From Balanoglossus misakiensis (taxonomy: Eukaryota; Animalia; Hemichordata), in NCBI GenBank assembly GCA_040954595.2, contig CM082578.2:16538998-16602997 (forward strand): a stretch of DNA of 64,000 nucleotides, in the 5' to 3' direction. Shown piece after piece: positions 36,462 to 48,821 of the stretch; within the stretch, counting starts at the first letter, position 1; every line of letters begins with the position of its first letter. The translations under genes were made by a program, and so were the position numbers. The notes beneath the pieces were generated by a model. That model ran no database searches. It saw nothing but the letters and a program-made list of their open reading frames with translations, and was not told the DNA's origin.

Positions 36462-39400
36462 CAATATAAGGCCACCGCAACAAATACTCTTGTCATGACC
36501 ATGCCTTTGTGCACGTGACCCAATTCAATAAAAGCCGTTTACAGCTCCCACTGGCAGAGCCTCAATTTGCATGTTAGACGGACTTGCATAATTATAAACT
36601 GTAAACCGAATTATGCACGATAAAACGGGAAACATGTCACTCTACACAGAAAACCAGCAGCCGTCGCGTCGATCCAGCTATTCCAAAATAATATAGTAAA
36701 ATAAAACCATAACATTTCTTCCGTCTAACCGCAAATTTAGTGTTCGATGCATCGCTGCAACTAACAATACATGTTACCAGGCCAGGTAGCCTTCGTGTAG
36801 ACAAGACTTGCTCAATAAAATCACCATGCACGTTGACAAACGCGTGATCCATAATGCTGACAGACATCCCAGGGGCAGCCGTGGGTAATCGCACGAATTC
36901 TCCGAAAATGGCGCGTTTTTAAGGTCACAACACACATAATACTTGCCTTTGAAAATTACTTTATTTTGACATTAATATGGATGCCAAGTGATTGACACTA
37001 TTAAATAAGGAAAATATAACATCATTTTCCCGTGCATTTGTGTGCATCCGTTTGGCACGATTGTTTTCACAAAACCATTGACAATTCCCGATGTTTACGT
37101 TGTCGTTTAACATTGTTGTAAACTCACTCATCTCTTTTTTTTTTTGCTGCATTGCCATGCTTTATGCTTATTAACACTACGACAGGTCTTCCTGGAAATT
37201 GCCTCTCTCTCTACAAGCATAATCCGTGGAACCACAATTTAATTTCGTAGATTTTAATACTGCGACGATTGGATATTATCCTTATTCTGCGCAAAATTTG
37301 CATGTTTTGCGGTCGGTCGTTGAACCTGCGTGTCATGCAGACAATGTCAATGTTTAATATGATAGGTACTCCTGGCCTGGGAGAACCCGAACCTTTTTTG
37401 GAAAATCATATGTAAAATATTCAGCAAAACACAACGTCAATTAAAAAACAACATTTTAATAGCATTGTTTGTATAGAAAGACTCACTTCGTCGATTTATT
37501 CCTTTCGCCTGTCTCCCGTCCCCAACCAGCCAATACCCGGACACCCCGAAAAAAACGAATGGTGTAGTGCGTTATGTAATGTAGGATATCCCAAACAACC
37601 ACGGAACCAGCTTGATCCGGAACATCCATAGAGCTCTGCCAATTTGAGGGAAAGTCACGGCATTGAATCCCACGGATACATTTCCCGCAATCAGGATTAA
37701 TTTTTGGTCCGCAGACTTAAGGCTGCCGCAGATCCAGGTGCACGTGCCAGGTAATCATGAATACGTCAAATGAGATGATATGATATGATTCCTTGCATTG
37801 GCGCTATGCCGTATTTATTTTTCAGCGCACATTACCTTGGCGCTACTAGACGGGTCCATGCTTCATAAAACGTGAATATACTTGTATTTGTCAACAAGGG
37901 TGGTTGAATGCGAAATTACCTGACGGCTCACTTTTGGTGAAGTTAGTTTTACAAAGCGGACACTGCTTATTTTTGTACTTGAAAAACATTTTCATTGGTG
38001 TAATGGAAAAACAAATGTTATTTTCAGTACTATAATTTGGTACTGTCCGCAAAGTTGTCATGACAACGCTGTTTTTGTCAGAACTTGAACAAAATATATT
38101 GAAAATGAGAAATTTTACAAGGAAAAGTTATAAACACAGAAGAGGTGTTATTTTCCGCCCCTACCCCCCCCCCCCGCCCGCGTGCAGAAAACGTGACTCA
38201 ACTTTTACAGACTCCGGCTCCCATTTGGAAAGGTGTTGAAACTTGGGGGCAATATTCGCGCATAAAGCAGAACAATATTTGCGAATAATATTTGCATAAT
38301 TTGATGGACAAGTCCACAGTGATCGTATCGAGACGCCTTCTGATACTGTCGTGCACTAGAAAATCATTCCCCTTTCGGCCTACACCAACATATTTGGTGA
38401 CGGATACGTATGATGTAAAGCCAATAAACCAAAAAGATAATTTGAAACGCTTTTTTGAGTTCGAGTAATACCTCCATGGTTCAGTGTCCCGCTGAATCTG
38501 AGACAGTCCACTCCTGTATATGAATGTGTAGTCCTATAGCACAAGGCAAAGAATACAGGCGTACTCTTGCCGTGCGTTATGTAAGTAGGTCTACAGAACA
38601 CAACTTACTAGTATTAGGTCGAGCGCGTTGTCCAGCAAATTGAGCCGTAATTGACCGGAAACTTTTCGTGTATGCCTACTTTTATGGACGAAGAGCTAAG
38701 GTAACAGTCTCTTTGTCAGATCAAAAGTGTGTTAATTTATACAGTGATTTCTGAAAGAAATTTACCGACGTGCGACCAGGGAGGTTTTAATATAATAAGT
38801 AGGAGCTCTGACCTCTTTCAACGTAACCTCTGCAACGTATGACGTGGCTTCACATATTTTGTGAGTGGTGCATACAGTTCAGTGATCGACTTGTTCTCTA
38901 TTGGGACAAAATCGCTTACTTTTTTTGCATTATATTGGTTATTTTTAGTTTCATTTGATAGGCTTTTTGAGACTTCTCGCTGATAGTACATACTACGAAC
39001 CATGTTTACATGTATGATCGATCGCACACTACAGTCAACGTGACTTCAGTATTATGCGAGGTTGAGCACTGTCAATCAACTTGGCGAATTTGGCTACGAC
39101 TGGGAAGGTTAACGCCCCCTCGGTCATTTAACCCTGAGTGTCTGGCGCATCCAATTTGCGCAGTTCAATGACATCGGTCTATCACGTGACTTAAAATTGA
39201 CAGCGATATTGATTTCGTGCACATCATCAACAATGAAAAACAAAAACATTTACGTGCTGAACTTGAAGACCGATCTTCGCTAGCTGCAATAGTTGTAGAC
39301 CAGTGGCTTCTTTGCTGTAAACAACATTTTATAAAACAATATACAAGCTGGAAACGGACTACAGGCCTGACGTCAATGACGAAAACGTTCGTGCCTGCAT

Positions 39401-40786
39401 CTGCAATAAAATGGAACATTCACGGATATGGAATGAAATTGAGATGGAACGGCTAAAACAAAGTCATGTCTGGGTGCCGAATGTGAGCGAACGGACATAT
39501 GGACACATTCATAGTTGCTGACAAGTTTGTTGTTTCTCTTTGTGCTAAATACACCGAAGCGTGTACAGTAGATCAGCTGGTTGTCGAACAATATGAGAAA
39601 ACGCGCGAAAACGAAAAGTAACATGTCGTAGAGGGCGCATGGTATATTCAAAAGTGCAAACATTTAAACGACCGTGATACAGCTGTCCAGCGGACGTAAA
39701 CAATCAAAAGCCGCCCCAAAAATACGCGTGTGACCCATCATATCGACAGTTAAGTTCGATGGATTGTCCATGTAAGTTATTTCGCGTTGTACAACTGTAT
39801 TTTACTGAAAATATTTTGTTCTTGTTTAATATTTACAACCGTTTGTGCGCGGCCATTTTGCTGAGCGAATATGATCCGGTTTTATCGAGTCAACGAAGGG
39901 CTTGGTCCATTCGAAACAATCGCTGCCGGTTTGATCTGTTTACCGTCGGCTCCAATCTATCAGCATCTGATCATAAGGATATTTAACGGATAAAAACAGC
40001 GTGTATGGAGGCTATTTTGTTTTTGTCTATTGAAATCGGGTGTTTCCTTATTTTGGGGGCAGCTAAATCGAAACTGCACTTTGACCAGACGATAGACTCT
40101 GTCAGGAACTATCAAAACATTTGAACAATTTAGAGGATTTTTTAGGACAAAATACATATCTCGTGTTAGAAAAATCTCGGGATTTTTTCAACCAGTTGAC
40201 CTTTGTTTCATGCTTCGCTCCCTTACTAACAGATTATCGAAAATATGCATACGTGTGAGGCCATATCATTTGTTTATGACCGAATAAACATGAATGTGGG
40301 CACCCGAGGACGCTGTCAGTATTCTTATGCAAAGTTAGGGGTTCATGGGAAATACCCATTCAATGCACGGATATGAAGCGAACTGATTCATGACCCTCTA
40401 AGCCGCTTTCTTTATGCCCTGCATATGCATGATGTGAGCTAGTTTTCTTAATACCTGCCGTTTGCCAACTCTATTTTTTCTCTTTTTGTACTGCCTTTTG
40501 GGAGTTTCTTGTAAAAATCAAATACACTATACACTATACAGTCAGATTGAGTACACAACCACCACAGGGAACATATGGTAGTACATTTATACATCAATTC
40601 TACTACCAGAAGGCTTTCTGAATTCTTGGAAATCTCCTGGTCTGTTGTTATCTTACGTGTACACGTGGATTCGAACTGGTCTGCTATGGTTCAATCAGCA
40701 AAAGTGTGTAGTGTACATGTCTGACCTGGTTTAAAATTGATGTATTTTTGCTCCTTCAGAACCCATGGACAAAGGCATCTGCCATC

Positions 40787-43504
40787 ATGAAGAGAATTCA
40801 ATTAGAAACACTGATAGAGGGTATGTTGGGAAAGGTATGTGTCTTTACTTGTATCTTTGTTGATGCATATTAATGTTTTTTTTGAACACTACAAATGTTT
40901 GACAGAAAGATCTAAGGCTCTCTGCTTGCTTGAAGTAGTACAATTGATGCAAAATTAAGAAAAGCTCTTGTAAGTTAGTAGTAGACCCTACGTGAGAAAT
41001 TATTTTCTTTATCTACAACATGGTCATCATACTAATGTCATTCCAATCTTAAATTTCAGGGTAGTGAACTGATATACTTCTCTCCAAATGATGTATTTCT
41101 GAAAGATCAACTGAGCACAGGTGGACAGAGTAGAGTCTGGGAAGCCACAGTTAATGTTTGTGGAGAAGTAAAAGAAGCTGTAGTGAAGGTTGTTAAAGAT
41201 GATGAAGAATTGGAATATGCCGTAAATGAAATAGAACTGTTATGGTAAGATTTTTATGACTTATAAAATTGTATCCTTTTCCTGTGGATGTGTAGTGATT
41301 TGTAGTTTATGCAACAAAAAAGTAGTTCCAGTTGCTTGGCTCTCTCTGATCACATCAACTGTTATGTACAATTTTGTTCATCTAGTGAGTGCCAAGGACT
41401 GCTTGACTGTGTGGTGAAGATACTTGGAATGACAGTTGTGACAGATGAAGATGCCAATCGCAGACGTACCTACAGATTAGGTGTTGTGTTGGAAAAAGGT
41501 GACCATGACTTGGCCACACACCTGAAGAATAACACATCATACTCCGTCACTTCTCTTCTGGAGATCTTCTGTTCAATTGTTGAGAAAGTTTATGCTCTCC
41601 ACAAACATGGTATAGCCCATAGAGACTTGAAATTGGAAAATATTTTAGTGCATGTGAGTACCAGATGTTTTACTATATTTTATGGTAAACGGGTCATTTT
41701 ACCAGTAGATAACCTGTCACCATGCTATATGTACACAAGGCTTTGTGTCAGCGCCATATTTGAATAATCATTGTATTGTTTAACATGTAAGTTTGTTTGA
41801 ATACCGTTTCTTTCGTGAAATTGGGATCATTCATGTAGATGTCAGCCTTTTTGCATGAAAGTATACATGACCAAAACCTCTTTGAAGTATGCTCATTGAA
41901 ATATGTGTTGTTGTTTTATTCATAACAGGGCGAGGACTTAAAAATAGTAGATTTAGGATTGGCAACTAAGACTGAAAAGTACTATGAGGCAGAGTGGCAT
42001 ATAATATGTGGTACGAAGGGTTACGATGCACCAGAAATTTGTCTCGGCGAGATGGATGGAGAAGCTATTTATGAACCAAAATCTGTGGATTTCTTTAGTC
42101 TTGGGGTGATGCTTTTTAGTTTGGTAAGTGTAGTACAGGCTTATTATACTTTCTGCCTTTTAAAACCGTGAAAGTGAAAGTGAAAGTAATGAATGCACTG
42201 TGTTGTGTTGCATCATACTGTAATCAACTTCCCTGGAAGTTGTGAGCACAGCTACCAGATGACAAAAGTCCGAAACTGCCCAAAGTATCTAGCTTTGAAA
42301 GCCTGGCGTGAGGACACTGGTGTTGTGCTGATTGTTGTACATGACAACCGTAAACAATGTTTTTTTTAAACTCATGTTAATAGCTCCTAGATAGAGAGAA
42401 GTACGACACAAAGAAATGTCAGAAGGCCATATCCCAAGCTACAAAACGCTTGAACTGTGATCTTGTCATAGAGCGATGTGTGCGTGGGAAGTTAGTCTGT
42501 GGCGATAGAGAAGAGATTCTGGAGATTATCAGGTGAGAACTGCACTGTTCTTCGTAATATGGGAGAACTGGTATGTTTTGTGTGTGCACAATTTTATAGG
42601 ATAGAGAGTGCTACACTATGTAGGAATGTTTGAATTTATGCTGTGTATTTGTAAATATAGAAAGCCCAAACTTGGTGACATGCAGGAGGAACAAACCCTA
42701 TATTCAATTTCAGTCAGAGTGGCTTCTGATTTTTTATGCATTGACCCCTTATCGATGTATCCATACTCTTTCGTAGGGATTTGATTGAACCAGATCCTTG
42801 TAGACGTCTAACTAATGCCAGGGTTCTTCAGAATCGAGTTCAAAAGGTGTTGAAGAATTTCAAAACAGGTAAGGATAATAACAGGGTAATTATTATTGAC
42901 AGTTGTAAATAATTAGCATGAAACGTTATCTTATGATTTGGTGTAAATAAAATATTTATAGAAACTGATGTGAAATCCAACTGTCATCCACACTGACCCA
43001 AGTGACCATTTGTCCCTCTCAACTGAACTTTTTCACCGTGGCCTCCAGATGGTTCAATCTCTGTTTTTCATTTCACGTACAGGTTTCAGTTTGGACCCTG
43101 AGAATGGTGATGTGTGCATGCCAATATCGGCTCGGAGGAGGAGTGGAAAAGAGAACGACCTAACTCCGAAGGTAAGTTGAACTTGATCTGCTCTCTCACG
43201 ACAATCCATTTAAGAATTTAGAATCCCTTTTTAAAGCCATTGTCATTTTTCTTAAAGTCTGTCCCTGAGGTGCGTATCTTAACCCGAGATGTCAACTTAT
43301 TGTTCACAGCCGTTGAAAGTCAAAATCGAAAACCGACCTAGCAGACCAAAGAGACTTCAGGAGAGAAACAGGTCACCGAGATCACCCAGGATTGCAAAAT
43401 CTCCAAGAGGCGGTGGAAAAGGTGTCAGAAAGTTTACCTTTGCAGACAATGTTGACACTTGGAAAAGACGGGGAAGGAGTCTTGGGAAAGAACACTGGGG
43501 CTGA
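40787..43504 (+). CDS. Divergent Ser/Thr protein kinase (about 406 aa; N-terminus may extend to ATG 39759)
   Basis: Exons 40787-40834, 41060-41244, 41386-41653, 41929-42123, 42384-42532, 42777-42868, 43083-43171, 43310-43504 (TGA), total 1221 nt, all GT-AG with matching phases. Motifs: degenerate P-loop LSTGGQSRVW, AVVK, alphaC NEIELL, HRDLKLEN, DLG, CGTKGYDAPE, DFFSLG, DPCRR. Confidence 0.88.
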
Positions 43505-45755
43505 GATATGCAAGGAAAATGACTTGGGTATTTATTATGGTGCAGATAAACAGTGCTTGTCGATCCATTGATATTTATATAAGTTCAAATCCTCATTGCT
43601 ATGCACAACCTAAACCTTGAATACTGAGTGAAACAGGCAATGAAAAGTAAGATATAGTATTGCAAAGAAGGAAAGGGTCAGGAGATCTAACTGTACGCAT
43701 CATGTAAGCCTGTATGGATGCTTGTGCTGGTTTCATTGGGGGAAGTGTTGCAGGTGATGTGAAGTTCTGTTCATTTACTGCCTAGGGCAAATGTTTATAG
43801 AAGCTGATGTGTGCGGCGAGTAAGTGTCGGGCTGTAGAACCCTGATGGTTTCTGCATTACCAGACTTGTACATATGTTGATTGTACGTCCACCGTGTAGA
43901 TTACTAGAAGTTTACAATATAGAAATTGGCAGCTTGTCTTGTCCGTGACTGCTGTTGCCAGAAGCACTGCTATAGCTGAGCTCATGTCATAAAATTTTCA
44001 GTCACTGCACCACAAAACAGTGTGACTGTGACCAGTGGTATTCATTAAAAACCCACGTAAAAAACATGTCTACCGGTACGTCATTTGTGAAAACCAGGTA
44101 AAGACATCAGTTAAATCAGCTTTATGAACATGTTGGTACAGTGGGCATCGTGACTTTGTGTGCTTGGAACCCACCATATCTGGAGAAACTGACTTTTAGA
44201 TTACCCAACTCAGTACACTGCCATATTGAATACATCCCCACCCATGCCAAATTGAAACCAATTATTCACCATGAAGGAGCCAAACTTGATTTGGATGGCT
44301 TTGTGATTAGAATAAGTGCAATCAAATACAGTCTATCAACATTGGTCGTGTCCTTTTGTATCTCTTGTACCATTCAAGTCTCCAGTTGATATTTTTTTGG
44401 AGGGGGAAACTGTTTGTTACAGTACTTTAAAGTCAGATTTTTTTCACCCACATATACATGTCCATGATATTATGAAGTTCTCCTCTTACCCCAGATAAAG
44501 AGCACACCCTTGATAGGGTAAAGTCAATTTTCATCCGAACAAGAAAACTTCATTCTAAGCTGCTTAGGGGAAAATATCAGATTCAGTTTTGCCCAAAGAT
44601 TGTAGTAATCTGTGTCTTCCTGTATTATAGCCTTTGCTGTTTCAGAGCATGTTTGTGTAACTATTGCTGTAACTCCTGCTGATGCACATATTGTAAATTA
44701 AAATCCTTGTGTGTAGAGATATGATTGATTTTCTTCACTATCAGAAATTGATGAATTTAACCAAACCAGATACCTGTGTGTGAAAATAAATCCTTGCGTA
44801 ACTTTCTATGGTGTTTTTTGACAAACCCAGAAACTAAAGGTATTTATCATTATGATCAATCTGGTCACACACACACTGCCACATTTTTGTTTATTCTACA
44901 GTATTTAAAATTGACCATTTGATTGGCATTTTTTTTAATGAGGAACTTTGTCATTGTGTGATATGATGGCATGGTATGTTGAGTGTACATTTGAAAATAA
45001 GTTTGCAAATGATCATTCAGTCTGACAGGTATCAGTATTTCTAACTTGAGTGATTTTATTTGTGTAGTAGATCCTTTTTTTGGCACCACCCACCTGTCCG
45101 TTTGAAAAATGTGCAAATTAAGATTTCTTGAATGAACTTTTATTAGATCCTTTTTATCAGGCTTGTATAATACAATGTCAAATGTTATGATCTTGAATTT
45201 GACTTTTGATGCCAATTCAGTAAAAAACGTGACTTTGGGAAAGGGAATATGAGGGGGAGTATGTTTTAATAGGAAGCAATCTATATGGTTGGTACTTATC
45301 CAACAACTTGTTTTCTGTCCAAAGTGCCATATTTCTCGCGAGAGCGCCATCCATTATTGATATTGCAGGTGAAAGAGAACGTTCAAAAGCCACAATTTGG
45401 TGCTAAATGTACACAATCCTTCAAAAATAATTTTAAAAAGGACAAATTCACTTGAAAATGATGTGCAGTGTTCCTTTCAGTAAAAACATTGTTTAATTTT
45501 AACCTGGCCTCAACATGTTTGGCAGACTGAATGGTGATTTCAAGAGTACTACTACTAGACATTATGATAGATGTCAAAAGATTTCAATTTGTTATATTAG
45601 ATAGTAATTCATTTTATGTGTAAACTTTGTCAAATTGTCTTAAATTTACCTTGTTTTGTATTTTTGTTTTCAATTTATTCCCATTATGTTGTATGCAATG
45701 TCTTGAAATGGTGTCATATTTGTTTTGTATTTTTTTTTTGATCGCAAAAATTACC

Positions 45756-45761
45756 AATAAA
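45756..45761 (+). terminator. Probable polyadenylation signal of the kinase gene
   Basis: AATAAA preceded by T-rich sequence and followed by a GT-rich tract, near the end of the CpG-depleted domain. Confidence 0.5.
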
Positions 45762-46536
45762 AGCTAAGCAAGTTTTAAAAGTGGATGTTTGTGCAGATGT
45801 GCTTTCTGTTTATTCTTTCTGGCCTTGAAATATTAGGTTTCATAGAAGACAGTTCTCTATTTTTAGGCCAATTAGCCAGGTTCATTATTTTGAAGACTTT
45901 TTAGTTTATTTCATGGAGTCCTTCGTTACTTAACATGTCCTGGAAAATTGCCCAGGGGGGACTTAGAATATGGTTCATTTTAAATTAAATTGTGTCATTT
46001 GTGTAGCTCACATTTTCCAAATGGTTCGCCTAAGAGAATAAGTAATAACAGAACAAAAAGGGTTTTAAAAAATGACGTGAACGAAACTCCAATAAAAGGT
46101 CAATAATCTTCACATTTCCCAACGGGAATACTATACGCCACAAGATAACAATAATCAGTGACTATATATCATAAAAGTACACGACCGCACCTGATCTTTA
46201 GCTACCAATAAATCGATATCTTGCACTGTTGAGGTGACGTGTATTGAAGAAATACGTGACAATGGAGTTAACTTTGGAGAAACGTTTGAAGAAGTACAGC
46301 GAGCGACGCTTACTGGACGCGACGGTCACTTGACCAAAACGCGCATCCTTCAGCTACCCGACCGTCTTTCTTGAGGGACTGTGCGTAGGCCCAGGTAGGT
46401 CGGTTAGTCTTGGGGAAAGATACAGATTTGTAGCCTTAAATGAAATGCATGAAGATGCAAATGATTTAAGCAAAGCATCTGCTCAATGGAACATGCACAC
46501 CTGGCATTCTTTAGCCCCCTCTGTGAGTTATCTCCT

Positions 46537-47046
46537 TTAGCGTGTTGATTTCTCAAGAACTTTGACGATTGGTCTCTCAATGTTCCAGCCTTCCAGCGCC
46601 GACGCCTCGTAGTTTTCCACCAGCCACTCGTACTTGGCAACCATGGAAACCTCGGCCCTGCCCACCTCTCTGTCCACCAGGTCACTCTTGTTGCCCAGGA
46701 TGACCACGGGCAGGTTTTGGTAGTTCTTGACCTTTTTGGCCTCGGCCACCTCCCGGAGAACGGCGGAAACGTTCAAGAAAGAAGGGCGACTGTCAACGGA
46801 GTAAACGATGACGATGGCGTGACTTCGGGCGATTATGAGTCTCCTGTGCGGGCTGTTGGGAAACAGTCCCGACGTGTCAATCATTTCAACTTTCGTCTGT
46901 TGCCGGCGCAGCCGAAGAGTGCCGAAGAAACTGCCGAGCACACTCGGCCAATAGCGATTATCAAATTCGTAAGAGAGCAAATGATAAATAATACTGGTCT
47001 TTCCAACGCCACCCGATCCCAGAAATAAGACATTCGGACTGGACAT
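46537..47046 (-). CDS. Atypical Ras-family small GTPase (DIRAS/RASD-like), intronless, 169 aa
   Basis: G1 GSGGVGKT, switch I YWPSV, G3 DTSG, IVIVYSVD, G4 GNKSD, G5 EASA. First ATG at 47046, with an in-frame stop upstream. Confidence 0.9.
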   Translation of the reverse strand: MSSPNVLFLGSGGVGKTSIIYHLLSYEFDNRYWPSVLGSFFGTLRLRRQQTKVEMIDTSGLFPNSPHRRLIIARSHAIVIVYSVDSRPSFLNVSAVLREVAEAKKVKNYQNLPVVILGNKSDLVDREVGRAEVSMVAKYEWLVENYEASALEGWNIERPIVKVLEKSTR

Positions 47047-48777
47047 GCCGCAGTAACAAACCAAGAGTCCAGTCTGCTCGACGAAATCTTACAGCTGACT
47101 GGAAACAGTACCTGTCCACCAGGTTTTCAACTATCGTCCAGCAAAGACGTCATGTTATAATTAAGCATGCTCCACCCTTTTCTTAAAATAGCTGCTTTTG
47201 ACATTGCTTCGCTAGCTTACGTATATTGTCCAAAATATCTTTGTCTTTTCCTGGGAAGATTGGAGCTTTGAGAGGGATGTTGGTAGTGGACTAATAATAT
47301 AAATCCCGTTGACAATTTATATCCACAGGAAAAAAGAAGCATTCATTTGTGGGAGTCGAATAGAAGAATTTCAAGATGTAGGGCCTATATATAGACGGGA
47401 AGTGGACTGACACTGAGTGTTATTTTTGAAGTGAAGAATAAGGAAATTACAATATCGTGACTGAAACTACGGAAGTTTTGAATGTTTACCACCAGAACAG
47501 AGTCCAAATACCCGGATGAGACAGGACACGACAAAAGCGAGGTTATGCCAATTATTATCACACTTTTTGTTTATATTTATGGGAGAGCTGGAAAATGGCT
47601 CAGAGTATGGGAGTTTTTTCACTCACTATGAAATGACAGTTTTGCTTGGTCCCCGTGTTGGAGGGACTGTGGTCTCATCTTTGCATAGTAGTACTCTTGA
47701 TTGAACAGTTCAATCAACATGATCAAAGACGTTCTGTCAGACAGACGACAGTGCCATCTACGGCGACCAGAGCCGTGGTGCATGGTAAACGTTTTGATCA
47801 ACACGTCAAAACATGCAATTCGTGTCGGCTTACCGTGGCGGAAATCTACCTGTGGAGATAAATCAACAGCACGGGGTCAGAACACTTCTGAACTTGCATG
47901 GGTATAAAACAAAGCTACTTCTTTGCCCCAACGCTTCGAAACAGAATTTAAATATCACATACCTTCCGTGCCCTGCAACGGTGCACGCAAACCGTGCTGA
48001 TGAAATACTAATTTAATTTACAAGTCAGCGATATGAAGGAAACACAGTTTGAATCAAAAGCCCCGTGCTGAGTAATGTCATGTTTGACGACAGGCAAGCT
48101 GGGCCATATTTCAGCGCATCGTTAAAATGGAGACATCGAGGTTTGCCCTACGCTCCCTCACATCAATTGATGTCTTATTTTCTATCTATAAGACAGAATG
48201 ATGACATCGTGCGTTCGTAGTCGACGGCTTTGATAAGTGTGGATAACGCATGTTAAATTCAAATTACCGGTTCCGACTTAACACTACATGTATATTGATT
48301 CATAATCGACATACCTGTCGCGACGTTGTTAAAACCAATGCTCCTAATTTTATTGGATCAAGCCGACTAAATTATTTGACAATGCATGTATCAATATTGC
48401 ACGTGGATAAGACATAACAACTGAGATCCTTGCAGCAAAACAACATTTTAACTCCGTAGGCCTTGTTGAAATATCGGAACTGGCACATTGTGAATATATT
48501 TGTTTCAAACAATCTAACCAAAATCCTCGACAAGAAGTATAAACGAGATGCCGCGAAAGATGGCGTGATTGTCCTCCTGCTATTAAAGCAAATTGTGTAG
48601 TGGAACTGAAATGTATTTAAGTCTACCTTAAATCAAGTACACAAAGCATAACATATGTCACTAACTAAATATACCCGAACCCAGTAAAATATTTAGTTGA
48701 CACTCAATGATTCAATGTCACAAACTTTGTTAGGAACAGGTGCCTTCACTAATGGAAAGATAACCAATAGCAACGAT

Positions 48778-48821
48778 CCAATCAAAAACGTAATGACCAC
48801 CAATCAAAAACGTAATGACCA
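48778..48821. repeat. 22-bp perfect tandem duplication (CCAATCAAAAACGTAATGACCA)x2
   Basis: Directly visible. Confidence 0.85.

Noticed and set aside
36212-36469. ORF with a poly-Ser/poly-Pro tail
   Set aside because: Produced by the (CAT)n(CAC)n microsatellite.
41271-41279. Perfect U12 donor motif GTATCCTTT in a kinase intron
   Set aside because: An in-frame TAA lies between it and the exon, and the GTAAGA donor at 41245 gives the correct phase.
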